Part shown: piece by piece, positions 40,876-52,656 of the stretch
How positions within the stretch are numbered: position 1 is the first letter of the stretch
Layout: every line of letters starts with the position of its first letter
Origin: Macrostomum lignano
Lineage: Eukaryota
Assembly (NCBI GenBank): GCA_002269645.1
Contig: NIVC01001514.1
Location: 124,001-188,000, forward strand
DNA: 64,000 nt
Reading direction: 5' to 3'
Made by a program: the position numbers and the translations under genes
Notes under the pieces: generated by a model
Databases searched by the model: none
Told to the model about the DNA's origin: nothing
What the model saw: the letters and a program-made list of their open reading frames with translations, nothing else

Positions 40876-43800
40876 CTATTCAGCGACTTTTCTACTCGGC
40901 AGCAACGGGACAACCAGCCGATCCCACTGCTCGTTCAGCTGCTCAGGAGAGCATTCCGCGTCGAGAACGACCACGCGATCGGCCCCGATTGGCGGTCGAG
41001 AGTCGGCACTGGCCAGCCAGCTCTCGTGCAGTTCGTGCATTCCGGCTAGCAGCTCCTGGCCCAAGTGAAATAAAATTAGCTAAGGTCCATTGGGGAGGCT
41101 GCTTCATTTTGGTTGTACTTTTTGTTGTTATTGACGACCTAATGTCTACCAGCCTTTCATTCAGTTTCTCCCGTCTTCTGCTTTTCCTTCAGTTGCTCCC
41201 GCTTTCTGCTTTTACTTCAGTTCCTCCCGTCTTCTGCTTTTCCCTTAGCAGCCGTCTTCTTTCCCGTCTTCTTTTTCCGTCTTCTGCTTTTTCCTTAGTT
41301 CCTCCCGTCGTCTGCTTTTCCTTAGTTCCTCCCGTCGTCTGCTTTTCCCTTAGTTCCTCCCGTCGTCTGCTTTTCCTTCAGTTTCTTCCCGTCTTCTGCT
41401 TTTCCCTTAGTTCCTCCCGTCTTCTGCTTTTCCCTTAGTTCCTCTCGTCTTCTGCTTTTCCTTCAGTTTCTTCCCGTCTTCTGCTTTTCCCTTAGTTCCT
41501 CTCGTCTTCTGCTTTTCCCTTAGTTCCTCTCGTCTTCTGCTTTTCCCTTAGTTCCTCTCGTCTTCTGCTTTTCCCTTAGTTCCTCTCGTCTTCTGCTTTT
41601 CCCTTAGTTCCTCTCGTCTTCTGCTTTTCCCTTAGTTCCTCCCGTCTTCTGCTTTTTCCTTAGTTCCTCCCGTCGTCTGCTTTTCCCTTAGTTCCCCCGT
41701 CTTCTGCTTTTCCTTCAGTTTCTTCCCGTCTTCTGCTTTTCCTTCAGTTTCTTCCCGTCTTCTGCTTTTCCTTCAGTTTCTTCCCGTCTTCTGCTTTTCC
41801 TTCAGTTTCTTCCCGTCTTCTGCTTTTCCTTCAGTTCCCCCCGTCTTCTGATTTTCCTTCAGTTCCCCCCGTCTTCTGATTTTCCTTCAGTTCCCCCCGT
41901 CTTCTGATTTTCCTTCAGTTCCCCCCGTCTTCTGCTTTTCCTTCAGTTTCTTCCCGTCTTCTGCTTTTCCTTCAGTTTCTTCCCGTCTTCTGCTTTTCTT
42001 TCAGTTCCTCCCGTCTTCTGCTTTTCCTTCAGTTCCCCCCGTCTTCTGATTTTCCTTCAGTTCCCCCCGTCTTCTGCTTTTCCTTCAGTTTCTTCCCGTC
42101 TTCTGCTTTTCCTTCAGTTTCTTCCCGTCTTCTGCTTTTCCCTTAGCAGCCGTCTTCTTTCCCGTCTTCTTTTTCCGTCTTCTGCTTTTCTTTCAGTTCC
42201 TCCCGTCTTCTGCTTTTCCTTCAGTTCCCCCGTCTTCTGCTTTTCCTTCAGTTCCTCCTGCCTTCTGCTTTTCTCTTAGTTTCTCCTCCCATCTGCTTTT
42301 TCTTCAGTTCTTCCCGTTTTCTGCTTCTCTGTCATCAGTTGCTCCCGCTTTCTGCTTTTTCTTCAGTTCCTCCCATTTTCTGCCTTTTCTTCAGTTCCTT
42401 CTGTCTTCTGCTTTTTCTTCAGTTCCTCCCATTTTCTGCTTTTTCTTCAGTTCCTTCTGTCTTCTGCTTTTTCTTCAGTTCCTCCCTTCAGGTGACCCTG
42501 TCTTCTGCTCTGTTATGCACAAGTGTAGTTTGTTTACTGTTCTGACTACCTATTTCTATGGTCATATCAGACCGCTTTTGGAAGTCTCAGGTTACTTCTG
42601 TTTGCTAACAAATAATTCCACTTTATTGCTGCAACCATGTTCAGCGGCGACCGATATTTTGGCGTAATCCTCTTAACTTATAACATGCTCCTTCTCTTTT
42701 AGTACAAGATTTCAACGAGACAACTTTGCGGTAGAACACAGAGATTAGCGATTAAGAAAGAAACACAATAGGAGCCTTTCAGAGAACAAAAATTCGGGCA
42801 TTACTGCTCTGATTGCTACTTTCCAACTGCTCAGAGGATCAGCTGCCTTGGTTGCCTATTTATCCGGCGTCTCTGCCCCCTCTCAGACTTAGCATGAAAT
42901 TAGTATATAAAAAAACAAATAAATCACGCGGATCGCACAGCCGCATAAATGCGAGTTTTTGGTTAGAAAAATACAAAGCAGACTTGCAAAAAATTAAGGC
43001 CACCGCTTATTCCACCCATCGGATCGCGATCCATCAGTCTAATTGACGACTAATTAATAATTAATCTGGATAATGGGGAATATTAATCTATTCTAATTGG
43101 TGTGTGATTAGCTCGCACAGGGCACAACATCAATTATTTCCGATACAAATTGGCTGCAAAAATGACAATTTAAAAAAATATGCAAATACATTTAACGGGA
43201 ATTAAAATTCTAATTAGACTACTGACAAGTAGAAACATAAAAAACAAATTACTCTTCAGGTTAATCAAGCAGGACAAATAGAGAACTCACAAGGCTGATG
43301 CCTCTCTCCTCGTTTCTATCGCGCCGGCGAACCCGTTCAAGGCAAACAGACGGACTGGCTCTCAGGTAAACTGCGGCGGGCAACGCGAAATGCGCGTTGG
43401 TTAGTGAGATCCAGCGAATTCGATTTGCTACGACCAATATCACACTTTGCCGAGTGGAATGGCCTCCAAAATCGTCATCCACAAATTCCTGGCTAACACC
43501 ACTTCGATCCCTCTCCCTACAACCCTTTGATCCCTCTGTCTACAAACCTTCGATCCTTCTCCCTATCACCCTGTGATCCCTCTCCCTACAACCCTTCGAT
43601 CCCTCTCCTTACAACCCCTTCGATCCCTCTCCCTACAACCCTTTGATCCCTCTGTCTACAAACCTTCGATCCTTCTCCCTATCACCCTGTGATCCCTCTC
43701 CCTACAACCCTTCGATCCCTCTCCCTACAACCCCTTCGAGCCCTCTCCCTACAACCCTTCGATCCCTCTCCCTACAACCCTTCGATCCCTCTCCCTACAA

Positions 43801-46800
43801 CCCCTTCAAGCCCTCTCCCTACAACCCTTCGATCCCTCTCCCTACAACCTCTTCGAGCCCTCTCCCTACAACCCTTCGATCCCTCTCCCTACAACCCCTT
43901 CGATCCCTTTCCCTACAACCCCTTCGAGCCCTCTCCCTACAACCCTTCGATCCCTCTCCCTACAAACCTTCGATCCCTCTCCCTACAACCCTTCGATCCC
44001 TCTCCCTACAACCATTTGATTCCTGTCCCTACACTTTGTTCCCTTTCTCTACAATCCTTTGATCCCTCTCACTACTACCTTTCGAACGCAGGCAACTCAC
44101 TAATCAGATCCAGATGGTAGAGCTGATTCTCAATAAACGATTTGTACCACTGACACAGAATTTCATAGTCGCAGCTCTCCAATTGGCCCCTGAATAAGAA
44201 GATGGAATGGCGAATATGAATTGGAAGCATTGGATGCGGACTCCTATGAGATGCGGACTCCTATGAGATGCGGATTCCTATGAGATGCGGATTCCTATGA
44301 GATGCGGATTCCTATGAGATGGGGATTCTTATGAGATGGGGATTCTTATGAGATGGGGATTCTTATGAGATGGGGATTAGTATGAGATGGGGATTATTAT
44401 ACGTGACACAGATGAGGATTCTTATTGCTGAATTCAAGTAGCTGGTTTATTTAAATTTTCACCTCTGATGCAGACTCTTCACAAATATTTGAGCACACGA
44501 ATGAAGTGTTCTCTCTATCAGACATGGTCCTTCGCTCACTAGGTCGGCCTGGCGATGCCCATCAACCATAGTGAGCATAACGTAGGCTTGAAATAAATTT
44601 GACCAACGAATCGGGTCGCTGTACATCAGCTGCAGCAGATTAATGCCATTGAAGTCAGTCCACTTTTCCACCGGTTCGTCAACGAATTTTAATGGTTCCA
44701 ACGAACCATTGTTAATACGGCGTTTTAACTCGGCCACAAGTGAAGTTTTTCCGCTGCCAATGTTGCCTTCAAGGCCAGCCTGAGAACGAGAATAGAAAGC
44801 AAATCTCACAGCTGGCAAATCTCATAGGGGCTCTGGCAAATCTCACAACTGGAAAATCTCACAGCTGGCAAATCTCACAGCTGTCAAATCTCACAGCAAA
44901 TCTCACAGCTGGCATATCTCACAGCTGGCATATCTCACAGCTGGCATATCTCACAGCTGGCAAATCTCACAGCTGTCAAATCTCACAGCTGGCAAATTTC
45001 ACAGCTAGCAAATCTCACAGCTAGCAAATCTCACAGCTGTCAAATCTCACAGCTGGCATATCTCACAGCTGGCAAATCTCACAGGGGCTCTGGCAAATCT
45101 CACAACTGGAAAATCTCACAGCTGGCAAATCTCACAGCTGGAAAATCTCACAGCTGGCATATCTCACAGCTGGCATATTTTACAGCTAGCAAATCTCACA
45201 GCTGGCATATCTCACAGCTGGCAAATCTCACAGCTGGCAAATCTCACAGCTGTCAAATTTCACAGCTAGCAAATCTCACAGCTGGCAAATCTCATAGCTG
45301 GCAAATCTCACAGCTGTCAAATCTCACAGCTAGCAAATCTTATACTAAATCTCATAGCTAGTTTTTAAGGATTATAGATAGAACTAACTAAATAGATTAA
45401 CAAAGTATCTCACAATAAATTTTGTCCGCTGCTCAACATCTTTGCAGACAGTATGCATACATAAAATATGAGTTCTATTTGGACCAAGTGCAGGTAAGCT
45501 TTTGAATGGACTGAAGAAATTTCCCTTCAGTTTATAATTAAGAATTATTCTTGAATTCTGAAATTAGTAAAACAAATAAATAAAATAGTTTCATTTTTAC
45601 ACTAAATGAACATATTAGTTCAGATAAAAAGTCAAATCAATAGAAAAAATATAAACATTAGATTAATAATATAGTTCAAAATTAAAATAATAAATATTAT
45701 AATTATTAAAGGCATTTCTAAGGTTACCTTGTCAAAAGACCAATCATAGCAGAGAACTAACAATCACAAATCCAATGCATAATTGCATAATTATATGCAA
45801 TTGAATCATTGCAAGACAATAAAATATTATTAATAGATAAATGTTAGGGCCTAGTCTTTAATTGAATTTCATAACTATAATTTAGTATTTTAGACCCAAA
45901 TCTGGACTTAATTTTTTATTGTAATTTTTAAACACTAAAAACCAAGGATTTAAGAGACAAGGCATAATCATTTTGTCTTTCATGTTAATCTAATATCAAT
46001 TGCAACTTGCAAGGCTAAAATAATTTTAAACTATTATTTAATTACATGTCAACATAGCTAGCAATTAGTTATTTGTACTTAAAATAGTTTGTACAATACT
46101 TTTCTAGAGTCAAAAAAATTTAACAAACAGAACTTGACAATTCCCAAATAATTTTCACTGGTATCATTCATTGATATTATATAAATAAGGTTGTATATAG
46201 CAATAATAACTAGGATTGATGGCTAACAGGGTCAATAGTTAAGTTTCCTTTACTTACTACTGATAGATACAGTAAAAATAAATTACAGTAGGCCCAACTC
46301 CAAGGTCCTGTTAGTGTTAGGGCTATGACCATGATGATCATTTCATAAATGGCAAAATATATAAAGCAGAAAAAAAGCAAATAAAAATTTCAAACAGCAA
46401 AATGCATTAGCTGTATTTAAAAAACGCCCAGCAAAGTGGCAAACCTTGACATACTCTTTTAAAACATGGGAAAATTAGAAAAATATAGCTAGTATACTAC
46501 ACTAAGTAAAGTATTAGCATATACTATATGTTAGGCAAGGTACACAAGTTTTTTATTTTAAAAGTCTTTCGACAACCATCGCCTGCACAACCTTGATAGC
46601 TAATGTTAATCAAATTACTAAATAATAGCTTACTAGGCCTAACATATTTGTAACATAAGCAACAGAGTGAAGTGGGCACGCACGTCACGTCACGGAAAAT
46701 TTCCCATTATCGTGGATTATCTTTTAAATTATCGCGCGGTCAATAAGCAATTAGTTTCATGAGAAATAACAATGCATCCGGAACTTTGACAAATAATTTA

Positions 46801-47874
46801 GCTCTATAAACATACATGGCTTTTATACCATAATACAGTTTTTAAACTATCAACATTGGTAGGGATGAATGAAACATTTTTTCTATAAATATTAGTGATT
46901 GATCGCATAAAAACTCTGTTTAAGTAGGGTCCATGAATAAGCTTAAGCTATATATGCAGGCGCGTCGCCACCGGGGGGGGGGAAACAAAAACAAAAAGCT
47001 CTGGGGGGACATGTCAATGCTTTGTCCCCCCACCCCCACCTTGTGAGTCGCTTTGGTAATCAAAAATTTTTCTTCGGGGTGCCAAAATATAGCGCCTTCG
47101 GCGCTAAAATGATCGTGCCTGCGGCGCTAAAAGAAATGCATGCGGTGCTAAAATGAGTGCTTTCAGCGCTAAAAGGAGTGCCTGCGGCGCCAAAATGAGT
47201 GCCTGCGGTGCCAAAAGGAGTGTCAAAATTTAGTCATGTATACATGTACATGTTGAATTCTTGGCTTTGTCCCCCCTACCATAAAATCCATGGCGACGCC
47301 ATTGGCCATATGTGAACTGAATCAGTAAAGCAGACGCGGGAGAAAATAAAGACGAGACTAATAGCAGGGGCACAACCATGGGGTAAGTACATGCCTAAGT
47401 ACATGCCCGCCCTATCGCCCCCCCAATCCGCCCCCAACAAATTTCCGGATTTCTGATTGCGCTACTAAGACTAAGATTGTACAGGCTACAAAATCAAGCA
47501 TCAGATTTCTCAACGGTTGCTTATAAATAGTCATTTTCTCTTGTCAGATTGTTCTTTTTTATCTTGATTACTTGGATTTCGCTGGATGTACACGAAACAT
47601 TAATATTATGTATGGACTCGCTTTTGTTACTAAAACTCGAGATACAAAACGAAGAATGTCTGAATTAAAAAAGTTATATGAAGACAGCGACCAGAAGGAC
47701 TGGATCAAAGCCATTAGCAAGAATTCATAAAAATTCAGAATGAACACTGAGACTGTTACATGTAATTGTTCGACAAAGCTGAATACAATATCATCAGGAA
47801 TTTATTCGGGTTCTCTACAGAACAAAACTGAACTCACTTATCCGGATTCGACTCTCGCATGTATAACTTTCCAT
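40876..47874 (-). CDS. Deoxynucleoside kinase (Dm-dNK / TK2-like), 6 exons, ~242 aa
   Basis: Exons 47838-47874 (tentative), 45414-45439 (26-nt micro-exon, tentative), 44463-44779, 44101-44189, 43291-43370, 40876-41055; phases 1, 0, 2, 1, 0 all match; total 729 nt. Motifs: P-loop LEGNIGSGKT, EPVEKW, LLQLMY, FQAYVMLT, ERTLHS, DLIYLRASP, lid RVRRRDRNEE, MHELHESWL. The last four exons are secure; the first two rest on splice consensus and phase fit. Confidence 0.85.
41165..42485. repeat. ~29-bp CT-rich minisatellite in dNK intron 5
   Basis: TTCAGTTYCTYCCGTCTTCTGCTTTTCC. Confidence 0.9.
43503..44065. repeat. ~23-bp minisatellite in dNK intron 4
   Basis: CCCTCTCCCTACAACCC(C)TTCGAT. Confidence 0.9.
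44232..44420. repeat. 17-bp minisatellite in dNK intron 3
   Basis: GAGATGCGGATTCCTAT / GAGATGGGGATTCTTAT. Confidence 0.85.
44800..45358. repeat. 16-bp minisatellite in dNK intron 2
   Basis: GCAAATCTCACAGCTG. Confidence 0.9.
46957..47304. mobile_element. Short copy of the same hAT-type MITE, opposite orientation
   Basis: CAGGCGCGTCGCCA ... TGGCGACGCCATTG; shares the GGGGGACATGTC / CTTTGTCCCCCC subterminal blocks and has ~5-6 units of the 21-bp repeat; degenerate TSD (TATATATG / GCCATATG). Confidence 0.7.
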
Positions 47875-48128
47875 TTCTTTTTTCTTGGCAGATTTCTTTT
47901 TCGCAAGATTTCTTTTCCACGTGCTTGACTGCGAAGCAACTAAAAGTGCACAATGGCTTACAACAGTTATCTATGGCTAATCCTGTTACAAGCTAAGGCT
48001 AAGGCAAAGGCAAAATACAATTGCGCTTATCATTTTAAAGAAAAGACCCAAGATCCGGCAGCCCTAATTCAATGCTATAAAAATCACCATCTTAGCCTAA
48101 TTACTGCATAAACATAAATTAACTACGA
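47875..48128. promoter_or_regulatory. Putative bidirectional promoter between dNK and REP
   Basis: Only 254 nt separate the two divergent predicted ATGs; depends on the tentative dNK first exon. Confidence 0.45.
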
Positions 48129-51100
48129 ATGCTTAGGCCCTCGATGGACCGGCTGTTGGACTCTTACGATGTCATCGTGGTGGGCACCGGCATCACGGAG
48201 GCTATGCTATCATCCGCTCTCGGCAGGGCTCGCAGCAGCGTGCTTCATCTGGACGCCAACGGTTACTATGGTGACGTTTGGGCAACAAAATCTCTCACTG
48301 AATTCGTCCTGTGGCTGTCGAGGCCGGCGCCCGAGGAGCCGCAGCAGCCTGCGCCAGTGACCACCGCATCCGACAGGACGGGCGCCGTGTCCACAGTTCG
48401 ACTGCCAACGGCCGATGCCAGCGTGGCCAACAGGGACTGGTTCTGGGCGCCGCGGCTGCAGGAGGAAATGGAGGTCAATAGGGAGAATCTGCTGCAACGG
48501 GTGAGTTTTTCGGCAAGTCTCGCGCTTTAACTTAGAAACCGCGAAACTGTACTATTAGTAGCAATTTGAATTTCTAAAAGTAGCAATTTGGATCAGATAG
48601 AGAAATCCAGCTCATGGCTGCAGGCCAGTAAAAAGGAGAAGGGAGAGAGGGGAGATGAGAGAAGATGAGAGAGGGGAGAGAGGAGATCGGAGAGAGGAGC
48701 GAGGAAGTAAGAGAGCTGAGAAGAGACAAACCTTGATAGAGATTTGCCATTGCCATTGTAAAGTTTCAAAGGACGCGAGGACCGGAATAGAGAGGCTTCT
48801 GAGGGCTGCATATGTTCTGTTCTCTCTCTGAGGGCCGACCCCTGTTCTAACTCGTCACTATCATCAAAATTTGCTCACCTGTGTGTTTGTTCAATGCTTG
48901 GTTATCTGTTTACGTGTATATATTCTGAAATTTCATGATATCATGCCACTTCAAAGGTGTTCTATTGTGTCCTTGTTGTTAGCTGAAAGAAACAGTTTGT
49001 TAGCCTACTACGAGATACATTTTTTGTACCTTCTATTTTTTATAAAAAAAAGAAGGAAAAAAATTACATCCTATAGCTAAACAAATTTTGTTGCTCACAA
49101 CCGGGACAGGACAAACTTCAGTTGTTTACATCCGGGTTTAAATCCAGGGGTCCGCAAACTCAGGCCTCGGGTCCTTTGAAACTTCACAATAGCATCCGGG
49201 CCGCTCGAGGTTTGTGTCTCTTCTCAGCTCTCTTCTCTCCTTTTCCTTTCTCTGCTATATGTCATTTCATTTCATCTCTCCTTATCTCCTCTTTCCTGAT
49301 CTCTTTTCTCTCCTCAATTCCCTGTTCTTTTTTTCCTATATCTCACCTGGCCCGCGGTCATGAGCTAGATTCCTTATCAGCCCCTCGAGATACAAAAAAA
49401 TTATTTCGACCCTTGGCTTTTACAAGTTCAACGTGTGTGACGCCAACTGGCTTTTTACATACTATTCATAAAGATAGAAAGCTTCAGCCCAATGCTTTTT
49501 CAAAGGCGGAAGCTACGACTCTGAGAGGGGGGGGGGTTGAAATGGGGGGCCCATCACAAGCTCGAAAAATCACATCGTCGAAAAGCATCTACCATCACAA
49601 GCTCGAAAAGTCGAAAAGCATCTACCATCACAAGCTCGAAAAGTCATAAGCTCGAAAAATCATATCGTCGAAAAGGTTAGCAACCACCATCACAAGCTCG
49701 AATAGGGTTAGGGTTAGACCTTGTGCCTTAGGGTTAGGGTTTAGGGTTAAGTTTAGGGTTGGGGTCGGGGTTAGTGCCTTAGGGTTATGGTTCAGGGTTA
49801 GGCTAGGGTACTGGTGCCTTAGGGTTAGTGCCTTGGGGTTAGGCTTAGAGCTTGTGTCTTTTCGAGCTTGTGATGATGTTTGCTAAACTTTTCGACGATG
49901 TGATTTTTCGAGCTTATGACTTTTCGAGCTTGTGATGGTGGCTACTAAATCAGTTTTCGACGATGTGATTTTTCGAGCTTGTGATGGCGACCCCTCTAGC
50001 TTGGATAGTCAGGCAGTTTACTGTTTTGGGACTTCTGGCAAAGAATAAAGTCAAAGATTTTTAAACTGTTTTGTATTGTGAGTGTCAGCTGTGGCCATGA
50101 TGCAAGTGTCAGTGAGCTTTGAAAGAAGTGTCCGGGGCGCCAAAATATTTGTTTCTGACTGAGTTCTGACACAAATGAATTGAGTTCCAGTGTTGTTTAA
50201 AATGCATGTCAGAGACTTTCTCGCATATTCAGCGGACAAAGATAATTTTAAATCCGGTTTGTAAACCGATCGGACTTCCTCAGGAGCAGGCTCGTCCGGA
50301 CATTCGAGGCGACCGGCCGTCTCGAGTCAGTCTGCAGCAGCTGGTGAATCAGAACCGCCGCTTCAACTTGGACATCTCGCCTAGGCTGACGTTCGCCCGC
50401 AGCGGCCTCATGAACCTGCTGCACCGCACCGGCCTGGGCTTCTATTCGGACATTCAACGAGTCGGCCGGTGCCTGCACATGAGGCAGAGCGGCCGGTTAA
50501 TCAGCCTACCAGTAGAACCTGCCGGCATCGAGTCCTGGCCGAGACTGTCCGAGAGCGAGAGAATCTCCTTGGCCAGCTTTTTGCAGCAGTGCAGAAGCTG
50601 GCCGGCCTCGCTGCCGGACCAGCAGCTGCCGCTCTTTCCCGGTGCCGCGGCTGACGAGCGCCAGTTGCCGAAGACGCTGGACGAGCTGCTTGAACTGTCT
50701 GGCGTCACCAGTCCGCTGGCCAAGTCTCTAGTTATCGAGTCCTACGCTATGTGCCAGCCCGACGAAGACGCATTCGAAGGTGTTCGTCGAATCCAGCGCT
50801 ACCTGAGCTCGCTGCCGGACGAGTCCGAGTCGCGGCTGGGCCCCCTGGCCTGGGTCCACTACGGTAGCAACGAAATCGCCGAGGTGTTCTGCCGTCACTC
50901 TGCCGTCTGGGGCGCCACCTTCGTGCTCCGGCGCGGAGTCGAGTCGGTTAATATCGAGGACGGCCGCGTCACCGGCGTCACTTTAAGCGGCGGGGCGCGC
51001 GAACGAGTCAGCGCCCGTCAATTGGTTTTGAACGCGCGCTACGCCCCGGCGCATTGGCTCGAGGCCCACAAAGTGCGCCACGTGGCCCGCGCTGTCTTCG

Positions 51101-51627
51101 TCACGGATGCTCCGTTGCGCGCGGAAATCGTTGAACCAACCGATGCGGAAGCGAACCGAGGCGCCTGCGTCACGCATTTCGTTCACAGAATCGACGGCTA
51201 CCGAAATCTGGCTCGGGTGATCGAACTGCCGACTACTACGAAGGCTTGCCCGCCAGACACCTGGGTGGTGCACATCACCCTGCCGCTGTCGCCAGGGGAC
51301 GCCAGCTCGAGTCCTCGGCAGGCGTTCCTCGGCCTGACCTCGGCACTGTTCGCCACCGACGAGGACGACACCAGCCGGCCGCACGCGCTGCTGTCCGCCT
51401 TCTTCACCGTGAAGGACTACAGCGAGTCGATTCGTCACCGACAGCCGGGCCTGCCCGACAATGTCCACCTGGTGTCTGGCGCTGACTCCGACGTTGATTT
51501 TGACGGCAGTGTGCGCTGCGCCGACGAGGCCTTCCGCCGGATGTGCCCGGGCCGGCAGTTCCTGCCGTCGACTCCGCCGCACTCCATGTCGGAGAGTCCC
51601 GTCAGCGTGAACGCCGGCACAGTCTGA
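48129..51627 (+). CDS. CHM: Rab escort protein (Rab geranylgeranyltransferase component A; GDI/CHM family), 2 exons, ~571 aa
   Basis: Exon 1 48129-48500 (CGG|GTGAGT), exon 2 50284-51627 (CCTCAG|GAG), phase 0. N-terminal YDVIVVGTGITEAMLSSALGRARSSVLHLDANGYYGDVWA and RRFNLDISPRLTFARSGLMNLL match GDI/REP conserved regions; the long insert between them points to REP rather than GDI. The start could be the ATG at 48144. Confidence 0.88.
48596..49386. mobile_element. Two copies of an AG-rich hAT-like element in opposite orientation (48596-48844, 49145-49386) in the REP intron
   Basis: AGCTGAGAAGAGAC...AAGTTTCAAAGGAC.CGAGG...ACCCCTG versus CAGGGGTCCGCAAAC...GTCCTTTGAAACTTCAC...TCTCTTCTCAGCT. The same block recurs at 55229-55332 and 56921-57022. 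CAGGGG...CAAAC ends are hAT-like; no TSD seen. Confidence 0.55.
49546..49994. mobile_element. MITE-like element with TIRs and a degenerate (TTAGGG)n core, in the REP intron
   Basis: CCATCACAAGCTCGAAAAATCACATCGTCGAAAA at the left end is mirrored by TTTTCGACGATGTGATTTTTCGAGCTTGTGATGG at the right; subterminal CAAGCTCGAAAA repeats; TTAGGG-like units ~49702-49850. No TSD found. Confidence 0.7.
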
Positions 51628-52329
51628 TTAACTGATTGATTTTTCGAGAATTGATTCTCATTTTCGAGAATCCAGATCAGAGAATTCCAAGAGAAATACA
51701 CGCGGGTTTCAGTTCTGCATTTTAATTTGATAAACACACGGAGAAATATCGTCAAAGTTTTTTTTCAGGTCAACAAAACGCGTGGATGAGAACGTGCTCA
51801 AAATCATGGAGTTCAAGGCCGAGTATCTGGATATTAAGACGTGGCATTTTTTTAGAATTAGAATCTGGATTGAACGCTGCTAGCACCAGAGTTTTTGACG
51901 TAGACTAGGAAAATATTTTTGAATAAACTACATGTAGGTTTTGACCTTGTATAGTTACTGTTGTAATCTTTTAAGGATAATGATATTTAAAGCAAAAAAG
52001 CATCCGTTCTGAAAGCCAGTTATCTAGACTAAGATATCCTATCTACTATGAGCTTTGGCTTAAAGCATTTGAGTATCTCCCATGAGCCACAGCAACTCAG
52101 CGATACCCCATGAGCCGGACATCTCAGCGATTCTCCCAATTAGCCTTGAAATCTCGGCAATTCCCCCATGAGCCTTGACACTTCATTAATTCTCTCTGAG
52201 CGAAAGAATTCCAGCAATTCACCCCCTATCTATTATGAACCTTGATATCTTAGCAATTTCCTTAGTTTTTTTGTTTGACAAGGCGATTCTTTATGGTTGA
52301 ACCCCAACTTAAACCATAGACCGAAACCC

Positions 52330-52510
52330 AACCCCCAAGGCACAGTAAAGTGTACGTGTACATGCCTAACGATAAATAAAGTTAGGGCCGCTGTACACTC
52401 CTGAGACTGCGTACGTATCCACGCGCCTGGGCAGTAATGCCTCTTGCTAGTTGTATGACAGGGTCGCTTATAAAATGCCCCAGGGCGCACTCGGCCCTCT
52501 GCCCCTAACT
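52330..52510 (+). mobile_element. 5'-truncated SINE copy
   Basis: CCCCCAAGGCACAGTAAAGTG...ACATGCCTAACGATAA...GTTAGGGCCGCTGTACACTCCTG...CCAGGGCGCAC...CTGCCCCTAA matches the SINE core and 3' end. Confidence 0.65.
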
Positions 52511-52656
52511 AATCTAACTAAAAAGGGACCGCTGGATGTTATCGCTTGTATCAGGATGTAACTCTCTCGCGTCTATGGAAGAAGTATTCATATTTGAAGG
52601 CCTTCATTTGCAAGTAGATCTGAAGTTTCTTTGAGTTGTTTTTAAATATGCTTGGA

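Noticed and set aside
49702-49850. True telomere or chromosome end
   Set aside because: Short, degenerate, enclosed by inverted repeats and inside an intron.
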